DNA of 64,000 nucleotides, taken from assembly GCA_001244265.2 (NCBI GenBank), contig LN717261.1:3239591-3303590 (forward strand), read 5' to 3'. The notes under the pieces are model-generated. The model was not told the DNA's origin, did no database searches, and saw only the letters and a list, made by a program, of their open reading frames with translations. This document shows, one piece after another, positions 1-21,750 of the stretch. This DNA is from Microbotryum violaceum (Eukaryota). The position numbers and the translations under genes are program-made. The stretch's first letter is position 1, and every line of letters begins with the position of its first letter.

Positions 1-1003
1 AAAGGCGGCGGTTGACACATTGACAGGCTAGTCGCGACGTGCTTCTCTCTCCTCTTCCGCCGACAACGACACCGAAATGAACATCTTTACAATCCGAGAA
101 GCCATCATCAGAAATTCCTCTTCATATCATCATGGTCTCATTCCCTTCCCGGAATTCAACTGCTGGCGCCACGCTCAGATCTTGTCTGATCGCAGGGATA
201 AAGGATCGACCGACCATACACCTCTTCCCAACGGTCGCGGGCCTCTCGATGGCGATCGCGGCATCATTGGCAACGCGATGAACGCTCTGAAGACGGCGAA
301 CGATGAGCTGGTCGAAAAGGGGGTAGTTACGAGCAACGAGAAGATGAGTATCCACTTTCTCGTCGATGTGGAGGAGAAGAGCCTTGCTGGTGGGGCTGAA
401 ATGACCGATCAGGAGATTGTGGACCTGGGGCCATTGCCGAAGAGTTGGAGGAGAATTGCGAGGGAGAACTTGAAGGAGGAGAGGAGGAAGCAGAGATAGA
501 GCTCGGACCGGCGGAGCGAACGACGCTGAAGGAGGCAATCTCAGCGCTTGGTAACTTCCTTAATTAGGGTTGCTATAAATGGGTACTCAGGTCCAACGAA
601 TTTGGTTCCTTTTGAGGACGACGCTAAGAGGATTCGCAGGACTTTTGTTGCCGAGCAGGATGCCGCGAGGATTCAGACGACAATGACTTCGTATTTCCAC
701 TGCAGCGTCAGTAGGTCAAGAATTTTTTTCTTGGAGCTTTCAAAGCTATGTCATCATGCCTCAGTAGAGGCCGTACATTGGCTGCAATTTAGTAATTCGG
801 GGCCTTCTAAATTTCCTCCCCCTCAAAATTCAATGTATCGACTCAGACGATGCACCAAAATTCTTGATTTGATGTAGGAAGCTCAAGAACAGAGTTTCAG
901 GTCATAATGCAGTGATCTGAAGCCGAAGTCTCCAAACTTATACCTGTCTTGATTTATGGAAAAATCCGTACACCGCAAATTCGAATTTTCTCAGGTTTGA
1001 CTG
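1..1003 (+). mobile_element. Non-autonomous pogo/Tigger-like (Tc1-mariner superfamily) element, copy 1; left end lies outside the window
   Basis: Near-identical to 16748-17756. Ends in TIR ...TTTTCTCAGGTTTGACTG followed by TA (1004-1005). ORF 77-499 has NCWRHAQIL and MTDQEIVDL, resembling the C-terminal tail of DDE_1/CENP-B-type transposases. Confidence 0.8.
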
Positions 1004-1069
1004 TAGCTGACAACGTGTTACTCCGTCAGAGGTCCAGGGACCCGTCGCCCCCTCCGGGGGCGCGTTAAT

Positions 1070-3700
1070 CAAGTTCAGAATTGCTGTGATTCCAAACCCG
1101 TTAACGACCGGAGAAGAACTCCCGATGAGCACAGTGCGAGTAGTCCCGGAAATGATTGCGGATCACGATTTCCGGAGTCAGCTGCCACTGGGTGTCAGAA
1201 AAGACACTATCAGTATTGACCGTGCAAGGTTAGACACAGCTAGCTCAAATCCCTGAAACTTGTTAGAGCTGAAGATTTCGTTTCGAAAATGGGGGGGGGG
1301 GGGGGGGGGGGGGGGCGGGGTCCCAGCCTCGAAAATGATGCTACATAGCCTTCTTAATAACGCCTCTGCGCCGAACATTCATGAGCCCCTGAGCAAGCAA
1401 TCGGCTCCTTTCCAACCGCCACCGGATCTCGTAAAACTGTTCGCGGCAGAGTCGACGGATGCGACGGTGCGACGGAAATCAAACTAAAATAGGGGAAGCG
1501 GCCATTCCCTTCAAAGGAAGCTCCCACCGCATCTCTTCCTCCTTGGGTTTGTGGGCCTACCACGATCTCATTGGTTACAGTAAACAGCCCTGCCCATCTG
1601 TATTGATTCCGGCTTGAGCCCTCTCCAAAACAGCTCCGTCTCGGCACTTCTCTGCGCCTTTCGACCCAAGGACAACGGGGCCGGGGCTAAACTCCTCTGT
1701 CTCGCAACAACAAGCGCAACGTGACCACTATGGCTTTGCTTGTGCAACCTTCGGGCGCGGGAGTGAGACGGATGATGGGCGCTATGGAGCATGAACGAGG
1801 TGGGTACACATCATCATGCGCAAGCTGGTCCGGGTCAACTGGATGTCGACGATCGCGAGAGAGAGGACGAAACCCGCGGGGAAGTTTCCGGTGCAGACAA
1901 ACTGACCGAACACGCACCATGTCCTTCTTACCGTTATCTCGCCAGGCGCCTTCGTAGTCGGCGTCTTGTTCCAAACTTGCCTCCTTGGAATGGTTGCGGC
2001 TCAAACAACATGGTACTTCCGACGCGGCTCGAAAGATCCGATTTATTTCAAGTGAGCAACTTCATCGAGCTTCCGCGCCTCGGCTCGTAGTAGACACGGA
2101 GCTCATGGTTTGGACTGTGGCGGTGGTAAATTCCGACAGAGTACTCCTCATTTTTGTCGTGTCTGTTCTGAGCGTTAAGTCACTCTGCAATCTCAAGACC
2201 GTCTATGCTACAGTACGTCTTCCCCTCCGAGTCCACAATGATGCCCCTAATTGATCCATGCTCCTCGACTTCGGCGTTTGTCAGCGCCTCTTCGCCCGCT
2301 ACGGCAAACGAAGCCCGCCCCCCTTTCCCTGGACCGACCGAGCCGCGATCGCCCTGAACGACATCCCTCTCATCGCTGCTCAATGCTATCTTTGTTATCG
2401 TCTTTGAATCTTAAGTGCTCCTCCCAGTAAACTTGTTATTTTTCCGATCTTAATCACTCGCGTTCTTTCGACACGGTAGGCCTCCTTGAAACGCATCCTT
2501 CCCACGCTTCTGGGACTCTTGGGCACACTCTCTTCGCTCATTTCCTTCATCTTGTTTGCCACGAATGCGGGTAAGCTACCCAGTCACATCCGAGCACCTG
2601 TAGAAGTACAGCGGCTCACCCCGCTGCGATGTTCTTGTAGTCGAGCATATCCTAGGGAAAAAAGGGATCCCGGGAAGAGAGAGAGTTTGGCTCCCAGCCT
2701 GGGCTTTCTGCCTCTGTGTGAGTGGGACACTTGCGGTTGGATATGAAAACTACTGATAGTTCGGAGTTTTCCGATCTCTTACCGCAGATCACGGATGTCT
2801 ACCTCTCCGCCGCATTCGCATACTACTTGCTTCAGACGAGAAAGAGAGCCGTCGGTCACCGGTATGTCTCTCTGTTCGGGATTGATATCGATTAAATCTT
2901 CAACCCCAGAAGCTCACGTCAGGTCTCACGATCCCATTCCACAGCCTCGACTACATGCTCATTCGTCTCGCATCACTTGCAGTCGCGACTTGCATCCCAC
3001 CTGCGATCGTCTCGGCCCTGATGGCGATTTTGGAGATCAGCAATCGTTTTGGACGGGTGAGTAAACTTTCCACAGATTACGGAGAGTGAACGGTTCTCGC
3101 CACCGCTCCTAGTATTCTGAGCTGGCACACTATTTCGAGTTCCGTGCGACAGTCATGGAATTTTTGCACCGTCATCCTCGGGGCCCTCTACACGGTCTGC
3201 ATCCTCCACGCTCGTAGGTACCCCTGATTCACACCTTCCACTGCCCAACTCAGCCCTTGAATTTGACCCCTTCTTTCCTCTCTCGCAAGTTAACGCCCGT
3301 CACCGAATTCTCTCCGAAGCGCGTTCGCGCTCAACAATGAAGAATGCATCCCCGTCAGTGACGGGTCGCAAGGACCCTCCTTCGAGTTCAAGCAATGTGG
3401 CGAAGAAGCTTGCTCTTCGGTCGAAGAAAAACGAGGAGGTTCAAACATTTTCAGGGACCCAGTCTGCGAAGCAAATTTATTCGATCGAATTACATTGACT
3501 TGGGAAGCAGTGAGCGCGCTGCGAGTCAAAATGATGTTCGAACGCTGTAGCACTGAAGCTGCACGCGAAAGAGGGGCAGGCGAGTAGAACATAGAACGAG
3601 GAAGGATTCGATGTTTTGAAGGCAGACCTTCGTAAGGCGGCAATCAATCAAGTTCGGTATTGCTGTGACTCCAAATCCGTTAACGACCGGAGAAGAACTC
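1070..3700 (+). repeat. Dispersed repeat R, copy 1 (main body ~1370-3700, preceded by a fragment 1070-1240 from the downstream part of the unit)
   Basis: Colinear with the reverse complements of 13339-16260, 37958-41095 and 41100-43860. Shares ORF-track peptides such as MEWLRLKQ and MSTSPPHS. Confidence 0.85.
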
Positions 3701-3703
3701 GCG

Positions 3704-4608
3704 CCGAGCTAGAAATCGTGGCCTTCCTCGATAGGCTCGCCCAATTCCAGAAAGACGTTGAGCTCCACGGTATCGACCGCGACGACGAGGACAACGGTGG
3801 CATACGATTGGGACACAACAGGCTCGGGTTTGGTGCATTGGCGGACTTGAAACAAAACATCGAAAAGTGAACGCAGCGGGCGATTGTGAGGATGTACTTG
3901 TCAAGGTGTGGAACTGCGCCGCCACAATCGCTCGCAATAATTTCGTCTACGAGACCTCGAGAAAGGGCAAAGGTTCGCTTAAGGGAAAAGGCGCGAATGC
4001 TTCCCCTCAAGTCGTCATCGGTTACGTCATCGATACGGCTATGTGGGACATCGTCCTAACCCTAACACTCGCCATTGAGGCGTCCCTCAGGCGATACGAA
4101 GGTAAAGGGAAAGGTAGGCACGCAGGCTCGGAGGAGCAAGCCGAGGTCGAGGAGGTGGCCATAGGTGCAACAGGTCACGGTGAAGTGAGTCGGGTCGCGG
4201 CATGAACCCGATCGGCAATTCGATTACTAAACCTTGCTTACTATTCTATGCCATACATCGCTCAGGCCGTTGTAGGCAGCGAACATGTGTCGAGCGCACT
4301 GGAGGGGAGAAGCATTCGCGCCTTTTCCCTCAAGCGAACCATTGCCCTTTCTCGAGGTCTCGTAGACGAAATTGTTGCGAGCGATTGTGGCGGCGCAGTT
4401 CCACACCTTGACAAGTACATCCTCACAATCGCCCGCTGCGTTCACTTTTCGATGTTTTGTTTCAAGTCCGCCAATGCACCAAACCCGAGCCTGTTGTGTC
4501 CCAATCGTATGCCACCGTTGTCCTCGTCGTCGCGGTCGATACCGTGGAACTCAACGTCTTTCTGGAATTGGGCGAGCCTATCGAGGAAGGCCACTATTTC
4601 TGGCTCGG
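3704..4608. repeat. Inverted repeat: ~305-bp arms (3704-4008 and 4302-4608) with a ~293-bp spacer
   Basis: Arms are direct reverse complements. The same peptides (EIVAFLDRLAQFQKDVE...; NAAGDCEDVLVKVWNC...) appear on both strands. Confidence 0.9.
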
Positions 4609-6528
4609 TGTGGGCCTTGCCCGCTGCGAACCTGCGGTCATGTGTAGCCAATTGATTGGCAAGGGGGAACAGCTTGACCATGTCGTCACCCAGAGCGCCC
4701 GCGCTAGAATCGCCGACCTTGTTCAGTCGCCCTGTAATTGCGTACGAACTCGATCAGTCGTCCACGCTTCCTGAATGCTGACAGCCTTTAAACCTTTGTC
4801 GGACAGGGGAACGTACTGGGGACGGCCGTAGCTGGATAGGTTAGAGGTAACGACGATTGAGCGTCGCACTCCGGTGTCGCTCGGGCCGCAGACGATCGAA
4901 AGTGCTCACCTCTCGTCACCATTGGGTACGCTTCGTAGGCCAAGTGCCACTGTCAAAAGGGGAGATCACCAGGTCAGAGATGCCGCTCGCGGCGCCAACG
5001 CGCGGCATCTCACGATCGAGTCAGGGCTCTAGCCGACTTACGGCTTCGTTGTAGCACTCGTCGTCGGTTTCCTGATCATCATCTTCCGAGTCCTCCTTGT
5101 TTCCTCCTTGATCCTCGTCTTCGCCATCCGGAGTGTCTGCCCATCCGTCGTCCTGCATTCGTGGCGCACGCAAGATGGATCAGCTCGCATCGAAATTGGG
5201 CATGTTGAGTCAGATCGTGTTGGTTCGGGCGTACCTTCGTCTCCTGTTGATTGCTGCTGGCGCGAATCGGCTGATTGGCGTTACCCGCTCCGTGCTGGTT
5301 GGACTTCTTGAATGGGGGCTTGCGTCCAGGATGTCGGAATTCTGGGTTGTCGGCGATGTATCAGATGATCTCGTTATGATGCACGTCTCGAATGCCCTCG
5401 AGGATCTCGCCGAGCCAGATGACGGCCTTGTACGAGCATGAGCACAGACTCAGGAATGGGCCGACATGTTCCAGAGACTCAAGAATCGAAATCGCCGGCG
5501 CGAAGATGGAAGTGAAATAACCTGATTGTAGATGCTTGAGGTAGAGAGAGCGAACGTCGATCGTGTCGCCTTCCCACTTCGACGGGATGAACCTCGTGAG
5601 CAATTTCCGTCCCTGGCGCAGATCACGTTCGTAGAGAACCCTTTGGGGGGAGAGCACTTTTAGAATCATTTCTCCGTCCTCGCTGCGGAGGATGAAGTCG
5701 AAACGCAGTTTGTGCTTCGCTTTGGGGGCGATGCCAGTGTCGTCGATGTTTGCCGGCTTCTCGGCGTTGGTCTTGTTGTGGGAAATTAGTAAAGGGTCAG
5801 CGGTCCAGAGGGACTTGTGGCATTGGGAAGTTGGCGCGCGCGTGGCGCGGCGTCGGATGGAGGCAGATGGCGGTGTGGCGTATTGATTGGACTCAGAGGT
5901 GGCTTGCACGCGGATACTATCTAAGGCTCTGGTCTCGTTCACTCTCTCCTTCTTCTTTAACACACACTCGATATCTATCTCGCCCATTTGCCTGCTACAA
6001 GTTGATTGACCTTGGCGATACTCTATCTCACAACAGGTTAGTTGTAATACATTTAAACGCACACTCGATATCTATCTCGCCCATTCGCCTGCTACAAGTT
6101 GATTGACCTTGGCGATACTCTATCTCACAATAGGTCATCTATCAACGCCGTGTAGCTACAGCGAATCTTCATTCATTCATTGGTACTCCAAGTCCAAATC
6201 CACAACAGGTCTCTTCCCGCGTCCAGAGAATGGCAGCCTTCACGTGGGGAGGTTGTCGGCGAAGCGTGAACAATGGAGAGTTCGAGCCTTTTGGGGCGCT
6301 TGAGGACGTGATTCGATCGGCCTGGTCCACAGGCGAGGTTGACGACGCCCCGCTCGTCTTCGTGAAGAGCTCCGTGTACGTTTTTTGAAGCAGGCGGAGC
6401 TCGCTGAGCTTGGCTGCGTACAGGAGATTGTGCAGCAGCTCGGCTTCGGTGGCCGAGCGTATCACATTCATCCTAGCATCTCCCACATCGTTGAACTCAA
6501 TACCGAGGTCATCGTCTTGCTCGCTCAT
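4227..6528 (-). pseudogene. Degenerate long ORF of unknown function, interrupted by solo LTR A
   Basis: ORF 6169-6678 (MSEQDDD...WTREET) rejoins in frame with NAEKPANIDD... once the LTR and one TSD copy are removed. It continues through stops and frameshifts to 4227. Confidence 0.5.
5774..6207 (+). mobile_element. Solo LTR, copia family A (434 bp, long two-unit form)
   Basis: TGTTG...CAACA termini and 5-bp TSD GGTCT (5769-5773 / 6208-6212). Matches the LTRs of 8145-12979 plus a 97-bp extra segment. Confidence 0.95.
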
Positions 6529-6599
6529 AGCCGGGACAAGGTGGCTGCCACGGTGGCGACGGTTGGGAAAGGAGCGTCGATCGATCGGTGGCTCCAGCA

Positions 6600-6899
6600 T
6601 GTTTGCCTGCAGGTGCTCGTGGCATCTGCACTCGTGCGCGTTAGTGATTAGTACCTTCGCAGTTGGATCTCCTTTCATTAGGGACCGCCACGCGGCTATT
6701 TACTCTTGCTACTATAGTAACGTTCTCATTCGCTTTGCATTGTGCTCTTGACTTCTCGGCGTCGCTACCTCTACCCTGTCGGAAGCTCAGTTGATGGAAT
6801 CGTACAATAACTCGCTCTACATTGTGGTCCTGACTTCTCGACGTCGCTATCCTTCTCCTGTCGGAAGACTACCTTCGCGCTCACACCGTTTCTGTGATA
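6600..6899 (+). mobile_element. Degenerate solo LTR related to copia family B
   Basis: Shares CTCGCTCTACATTGTGGTCCTGACTTCTCG and the two-unit layout with the 25059-25388 LTR. No TSD found, so ends are approximate. Confidence 0.7.
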
Positions 6900-8144
6900 T
6901 CGCGCCCCTCGAGTCAAACTCGGTCCGACTGGCACGCGCTCAGCTTCCCTTGCATCGCTTCAGATAGTGCACGGGACTTCTACCGCAAGTTCAGTGAGTA
7001 TGACTACGCCTCTTGCGTCGGAAGTTCCTTTGAACCGAGCTTCTCACAGGACCCCCCCAGCGATACCGTACAGCTTCCGCCTTCCAGTCTTCTGCCTTAC
7101 CAGTTGATGACGAACAGCTGCCACTGTGTACGCCTCTCTTTTTCAACACTCCTTGTTGGATGGTTGACTGCCGCTCCATACTTTGTATGCAGCCGTCCGC
7201 CTGCACCTGCCAGTGCTGCGCCTCTTTCGGGTTCGACTGCGTCTCGCTCAAAGAGCCGAGGTACATCACCCACCTTCAGGCTCTACCTTAGGGTACTCCT
7301 ACTCTCGACTGTCCTTGTTGGACACGTTGACTGACTTGGCTACCCTGCTACACAGATCCACCCTCGACGTGCCAGCGTCCGAGGTCTGTTTCCTTTGCTG
7401 TCTTCTTGTCTCCAAGCGACACGCTTTACAAGCATAGGTATGTCATAGTCCTCAGAGTCTTTGCAGTATTCCGAGTACTAATAGAATCGCGCTTACAAGC
7501 ATAGTCGTTCTATCTTCGTCTCCTCCCACCCACCCTACAAAATAAATAAAATACAAAAACAGCCTTGTTGGTCTATTTCTTTCCTTTACTTTCTTATCTA
7601 TGGTCTCTCGTGGGTAGATTTTCAACCCATCCCGTTTGTTACGGGATGCCTGGTTCTTATGCTGCAAATCCGACTCCATCCCAGCTATTTCGGTTCGCAT
7701 TGCGCTCTTACAATGGAGTCGACCTGCCAATCCTTAGACATCACGAGGACTTTGAATGCCGAAGAGACGTCGAGCTTCCACAGGGCCGAGTTAGCCGAGA
7801 GCAAGCTGGTTGCGACGCGGTGCCACCGGAGCAGACGAATGAAGTCGATGACAGAGTCGTAAACCGTCGGGCAAGCCGCACGAGATATGCCGTCATTGGG
7901 GCCAGACCTTGTGTGATCGGCGACGACTCGCATTCTGTGGTTGGCTGACTCGACCACAAAGACCGAGCTATAGGTAGCGCCGGGGATGGGGAACGCGGTG
8001 CCGGGAGAAAGCCAGCCTTTCGCAACTTCGTCGTCAATTGTTGTCTGGATGAAGCTGCGATGATCTTCCGAACGCGGGAAGGTGAGTGTCGCGGAGTCGT
8101 CCCAAGAGGCCAGGCCGCCATCGTGCTCTGGTTCAAGCCCTTCT

Positions 8145-12979
<4,835 letters not shown>

Positions 12980-13338
12980 CTTCTGACCGGAAACCGTGAA
13001 CGAACGATCGGACGAGGGCGCGATCGGGATGTTGTAGGAGAAAAGTTTCGAATTTCGTGTCGTCAATTGTGCGCACGAAATTGAATTGGGACGGGTACAA
13101 AGCTCAAAACAGAGGTCTTTGCGAGGCGTAGCACGAGTGTCAATGAGAATTGAAGCACTTAGTGCGGTCTCGGCGGAGGTAGCAAAAGCTTGTGCGGAGA
13201 CTCGAGCGCGTGGCAGGGCCTGCGGGCGTCGAGGGTTTTCTGGAGGCAGCGGCTGCTGTAAATTCCTTGGCAGAGGGTGGCAGTGCTGGAGCAGCGAGCT
13301 GGCAACAGAAAGCGTCGACGGTGCGGAACAGGGGTTTG

Positions 13339-16260
13339 CGGATTTGGCACCCGTTTCTGGCTACGCACTTCCACGGGGGCTTGCCCACAACCGAGACAGA
13401 GCTCTCCTCTCCTTAGTTGAATAGATCTGTCACAGTACCATTGGACGAGTGATATTTCCTTTGTTTTACTTTTTGGCTTTGAGAGAACTTTGCCGGCTTG
13501 GATCATCCTGAAACGACCCGAACACGTCAGAGACGGAGTCGATTGCTAGCAGTTCTCGCGACCTTTCAGAGATCACACCTTTAAATCTGCATGCCGTTAA
13601 CCTGATCGATTACCCGAGGTAACTTGTCGTCGAGGCGCCAAAGTCCGGAACTTGGGTGCTGTTAGGTCCATGACGTCCGGTTCCGGGGACCACCCTTGCG
13701 GTGCCGCATCCAAGATCCGAGGCCGGGGGGTCCTTGCGGCGCGACGTATTGCGTGGCGCCATCTTGAACACCCCGCAGTTCGAATCGTGCAAGGGGTGAG
13801 AAGGGAACGTTGAGTCTCATATCGGGTGAAAGTCTATGAGCAGGTCAGGCTCAAATAATTTGAGAAAGTTGTGTCTAACCTTGCACGGTCAATACTGATA
13901 GTGTCCTTTCTGACACCCAGTGGCAGCTGACTCCGGAAATCGTGATCCACAGTCAATTCCGGGACTACTCGCACTGTGCTCATCGGGAGCTCTGCTCCGG
14001 TCGTTAACCGATTTGGAAGCACAGCAATTCCGAACTTGCTTCATTGCCGCCTTACAAATGTCTGCATTCAAAACATCGAATCCTTCATCATTCTACTCCT
14101 TTCCCCCTCCTTCGCGTGCAGCTTCAGTGCTACAGCGTTCGAACATCATCTTGACTCGCAGCGAGCTCACTGCTTCCCAAGTCAATGTAATTCGATCGAA
14201 TAAATTTGCTTCGCAGACTGGGTCCCTGAAAATGTTTGATCCTCCTCGTTTTTCTTCGACCGAAGAGCAAGCTTCTTCGCCACATTGCTTGAACTCGAAG
14301 GAGGGTCCTTGCGACCCGTCACTGACGGGGATGCATTCTTCATTGTTGAGCGCGAACGCGCTTCGGAGAGAATTTGGTGACGGGCGTTAACTTGCGAGAG
14401 AGGGAAGAAGGGGTCAAATTCAAGGGCTGAGTTAGGCAGTGGAAGGTGTGAATTAGGGGTACTTACGAGCGTGAAGGATGCAGACCGTGTAGAGGGCCCC
14501 GAGGATGACGGTACAGAAATTCCATGACTATCGGGTGAAACAGCGTGCCAGCTCAGAATACTAGGAGCGGTGGCAAGAATCGCGCACGATCGGTAATCTC
14601 GGGTGGGAAGTTTACTCACCCGTCCAGAGGGTTTGATGATCTCCAAAATCGCCATCAGGGCCGAGACGATCGCAGGTGGGATGCAAGTCGCGACTGCAAG
14701 TGATGCGAGACGAATGAGCATGTAGTCGAGGCTGTGGAATGGAATCGTGAGACGTGACGTGAGCTTCTGGGTTGAAGATTTAATCGATATCAATCCCGAA
14801 CAGAGAGACATACCGGTGACCGACGGCTCTCTTTCTCGTCTGAAGCAAGTAGTATGCGAATGCGGCGGAGAGGTAGACATCCGTGATCTGCGGTAAGAGA
14901 TCGGAAAACTCCGAACTATCAGTAGTTTTCATATCCAACCGCAAGTGTCCCACTCACACAGAGACAGAAAGCCCAGGCTGGAAGCCAGACGCCCCTTCTT
15001 CCCGGGATCCCTTTCTTCCCTAGGATTTGCTCGACTACAAGCACATCGCAGCGGGGTGAGCCGCTGTCCTTCTACAGGCGCGTGGATGTGTCTGGGTAGC
15101 TTACCCGCATTCGTCGCAAATAAGATGAAGGAAACGAGCGAAGAGAGTGTGCCCAAGAGTCCCAGAAGCGTGGGAAGGATGCGTTTCAAGGAGGCCTACA
15201 GTGTCGAAAGAAAGCCAGTGATTAAGATTGTAAAAGAACCAGTTCACCAGTGGAAGAGAGCACTTACAACCCAAAGACGATAACAAAGATAGCATTGAGC
15301 AGCGATGAGAGGGATGTCGTTCAGGACGATGGCGGCTCGGTCGGTCCAGGGAAAGGGGGCGGGGTTCGTTTGCCGTAGCGGGCGAAGAGGCACTGCCAAA
15401 CGCCGAAGTCGAGGAGCGTGGATCAATCAGGGGCATCATTGTGAGTTCGGAGGGGAAGACGTACTTTAGCATAGACCGTCTTGAGATCGAAGAGTGACTT
15501 GACGCTCAGAACAGACACGACAAAAATGAGGAGTACTCTGTCGGAATTCACCACCGCCACAGTCCAGAGCGTGAGCTCCGTGTATACTACGAGCCGAGGC
15601 GCGGAAGCTCGACAAAGTTGCTCACTTGAAATAAATCGGATCTTTCGAGCCGCGTCGGAAGTACCACGTTGTTTGAGCCGCAACCATTCCAAGGAGGAAA
15701 GTTTGGAAAAAGATGCCGACTACGAAGGCGCCTGGCGAGATAACGGTAAGAAGGAGATGGAGCGTGTTCGGTCAGTCTGTCTCGGTCAGTCTGCCGGCAA
15801 CGGAAACCCTACGGTTTTCGTCCTCTGTCTCCGATCTCGACATCCAGTTGTTCCCGGACCAGCTTGCGCGTGATAATGTGTACTCACCTCGTCTATGCTC
15901 CATAACGTCTATCATCTCTCTCACTCTCGCGCCCGAAGGGTGCACAAGTGAAGCCATAGTCGCCACGTTGCGCTTGGTCGTTGCGACAGAGGGGTTTAAT
16001 GCCGTTATCCTTGGGTCGAAAGGGCGCGGGCAAGTGCCGAGCCGGAGCTGTTCTAAATATGGCACAAGGGGGAAGCAATGCAGATGGGCCGGGCCACTGT
16101 AACCAATGCGATCGTGATAGGTACACAGATCCGGAAGAGGGTGCGCCGGGAGACTCCCTTGATGAGAAAGGCCGATTCCCCTATATGATTCCGTTGCACC
16201 GTCGCCGAAAAGGAGTTAGTCGCTTGCTCAGGGGCTCATAAATCTTCGGCGCCGAGACCG
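13339..16260 (-). repeat. Dispersed repeat R, copy 2 (contiguous with the YR-retroelement RT remnant)
   Basis: Colinear with the other R copies over ~2.9 kb. Confidence 0.85.
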
Positions 16261-16464
16261 ACTTTGAATAAGACTAGCTGGAATTTATGATTTTAAACTT
16301 TAAACTTTCAGATTCTGACTTTGAATAAGATTGGGTGGAGTTTATGACTCAAAGCTTAAAACTGAAAAAGACTTGGTGGGATTTAGCGATCGAGTCTTGA
16401 AACTTAGTAACTGAGACATTTCCATCCATTCGGATAAGTTATGGCAAGCGGGAGGTTCCTTATA

Positions 16465-17756
16465 CAGTCAGACCCGAGAAAATTTATATCGCCCAATCTT
16501 ACACCTATCAAAATTTATGGACTTTTCAATCTCCCGATTTATTTTGGCTGACAGAACCTGTCCAACTCACTCTTATACCTTATAATTTATGTTGATGGAT
16601 TCACAGGGCCAATTATAAGATAAGAGGGAGCCGGAAATGAGCGATTGATCAGAAATCATCCTCTCCTTCGGCGTTTTTTGTTGACGAGCCCCCTGTTGGA
16701 AGAGTCCGAAATGCCCCGAAACAGCCAAGAAGCGAGCACAGGAGAGCAAAGGCGGCGGTTGACACATTGACAGGCTAGTCGCGACGTGCTTCTCTCTCCT
16801 CTCCCGCCGACAACGACGCCGAAATGAACATCTTTACAATCCGAGAAGCCATCATCAGAAATTCCTCTTCATATCATCATGGTCTCATTCCCTTCCCGGA
16901 ATTCAACTGCTGGCGCAACGCTCAGATCTTGTCTGATCGCAGGGACAAAGGATCGACCGACCATACACCTCTTCCCAACGGTCGCGGGCCTCTCGATGGC
17001 GATCGCGGCATCATTGGCAACGCGATGAACGCTCTGAAGACGGCGAACGATGAGCTGGTCGAAAAGGGGGTAGTTACGAGCAACGAGAAGATGAGTATCC
17101 ACTTTCTCGTCGATGTGGAGGAGAAGAGCCTTGCTGGTGGGGCTGAAATGACCGATCAGGAGATTGTGGACCTGGGGCCATTGCCGAAGAGTTGGAGGAG
17201 AATTGCGAGGGAGAACTTGAAGGAGGAGAGGAGGAAGCAGAGATAGAGCTCGGACCGGCGGAGCGAACGACGCTGAAGGAGGCAATCTCAGCGCTTGGTA
17301 ACTTCCTTAATTAGGGTTGCTATAAATGGGTACTAAGGTCCAACGAATTTGGTTCCTTTTGAGGACGACGCTAAGAGGATTCGCAGGACTTTTGTTGCCG
17401 AGCAGGATGCCGCGAGGATTCAGACGACAATGACTTCGTATTTCCACTGCAGCGTCAGTAGGTCAAGAAATTTTTTCTTGGAGATTTCAAAACTTGTCAG
17501 ATGTCATCATGCCTCAGTAGAGGCCGTGCATTGGCTGCGATTCAGTAATTCGGGCCTTCTGAATTTTTTTCCCCCTCAGAAGTCAATGTATCGACTCAAA
17601 CGATGCACGAAATTCTTTGATTTGATGTAGGAAGCTCAAAAATGGAGTTTCAGGTCACAGCGTAGTGATCTGAAGCCGAACTCTCCAAGCTTATACACGT
17701 CTTAGTTTATGGGAAACTCCGTCCACCGAAAATGTAAATTTTGTCAGGTCTGACTG
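16465..17756 (+). mobile_element. Complete 1292-bp non-autonomous pogo/Tigger-like element, copy 2
   Basis: ~26-bp imperfect TIRs (CAGTCAGACCCGAGAAAATTTATATC / AATGTAAATTTTGTCAGGTCTGACTG), TA on both sides (16463-64, 17757-58), and a transposase C-terminal remnant at 16824-17246. Confidence 0.88.
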
Positions 17757-17899
17757 TACTGCAAGTTGTCACCGCTCGGCCTTTCTTCTCCGTCTTTCTG
17801 TCCTGCCTTGTCCTAACTTGGACCGAGTTTCCTGGCATCTCAAGACAGGTTATCACACAACTGCCGTCATGTCACTGCCTTCTGATCTTCTACACCTCC

Positions 17900-21739
<3,840 letters not shown>

Positions 21740-21750
21740 TAATACTACTA

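Noticed and set aside
1291-1320. Long poly-G (also poly-C near 48743 and poly-T near 49342) as functional elements
   Set aside because: Simple homopolymers of unreliable length in repeat or intron context.
1985-2254. ORF MEWLRLKQ..., open in all R copies, as a real gene
   Set aside because: Short, no motif, and explained by DNA-level similarity of the copies; needs a dN/dS test.
4054-4066. CCTAACCCTAAC as a telomeric repeat
   Set aside because: Only two units; expected by chance.
7441-7712. TGT...ACA segment as a solo gypsy-like LTR truncating the RT remnant
   Set aside because: No TSD (AGGTA/ATGGA) and no second copy in the window; plausible but unsupported.
16260-16365. Imperfect 57-bp-period tandem duplication (GACTTTGAATAAGA...)
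   Set aside because: Two diverged units with no further structure.
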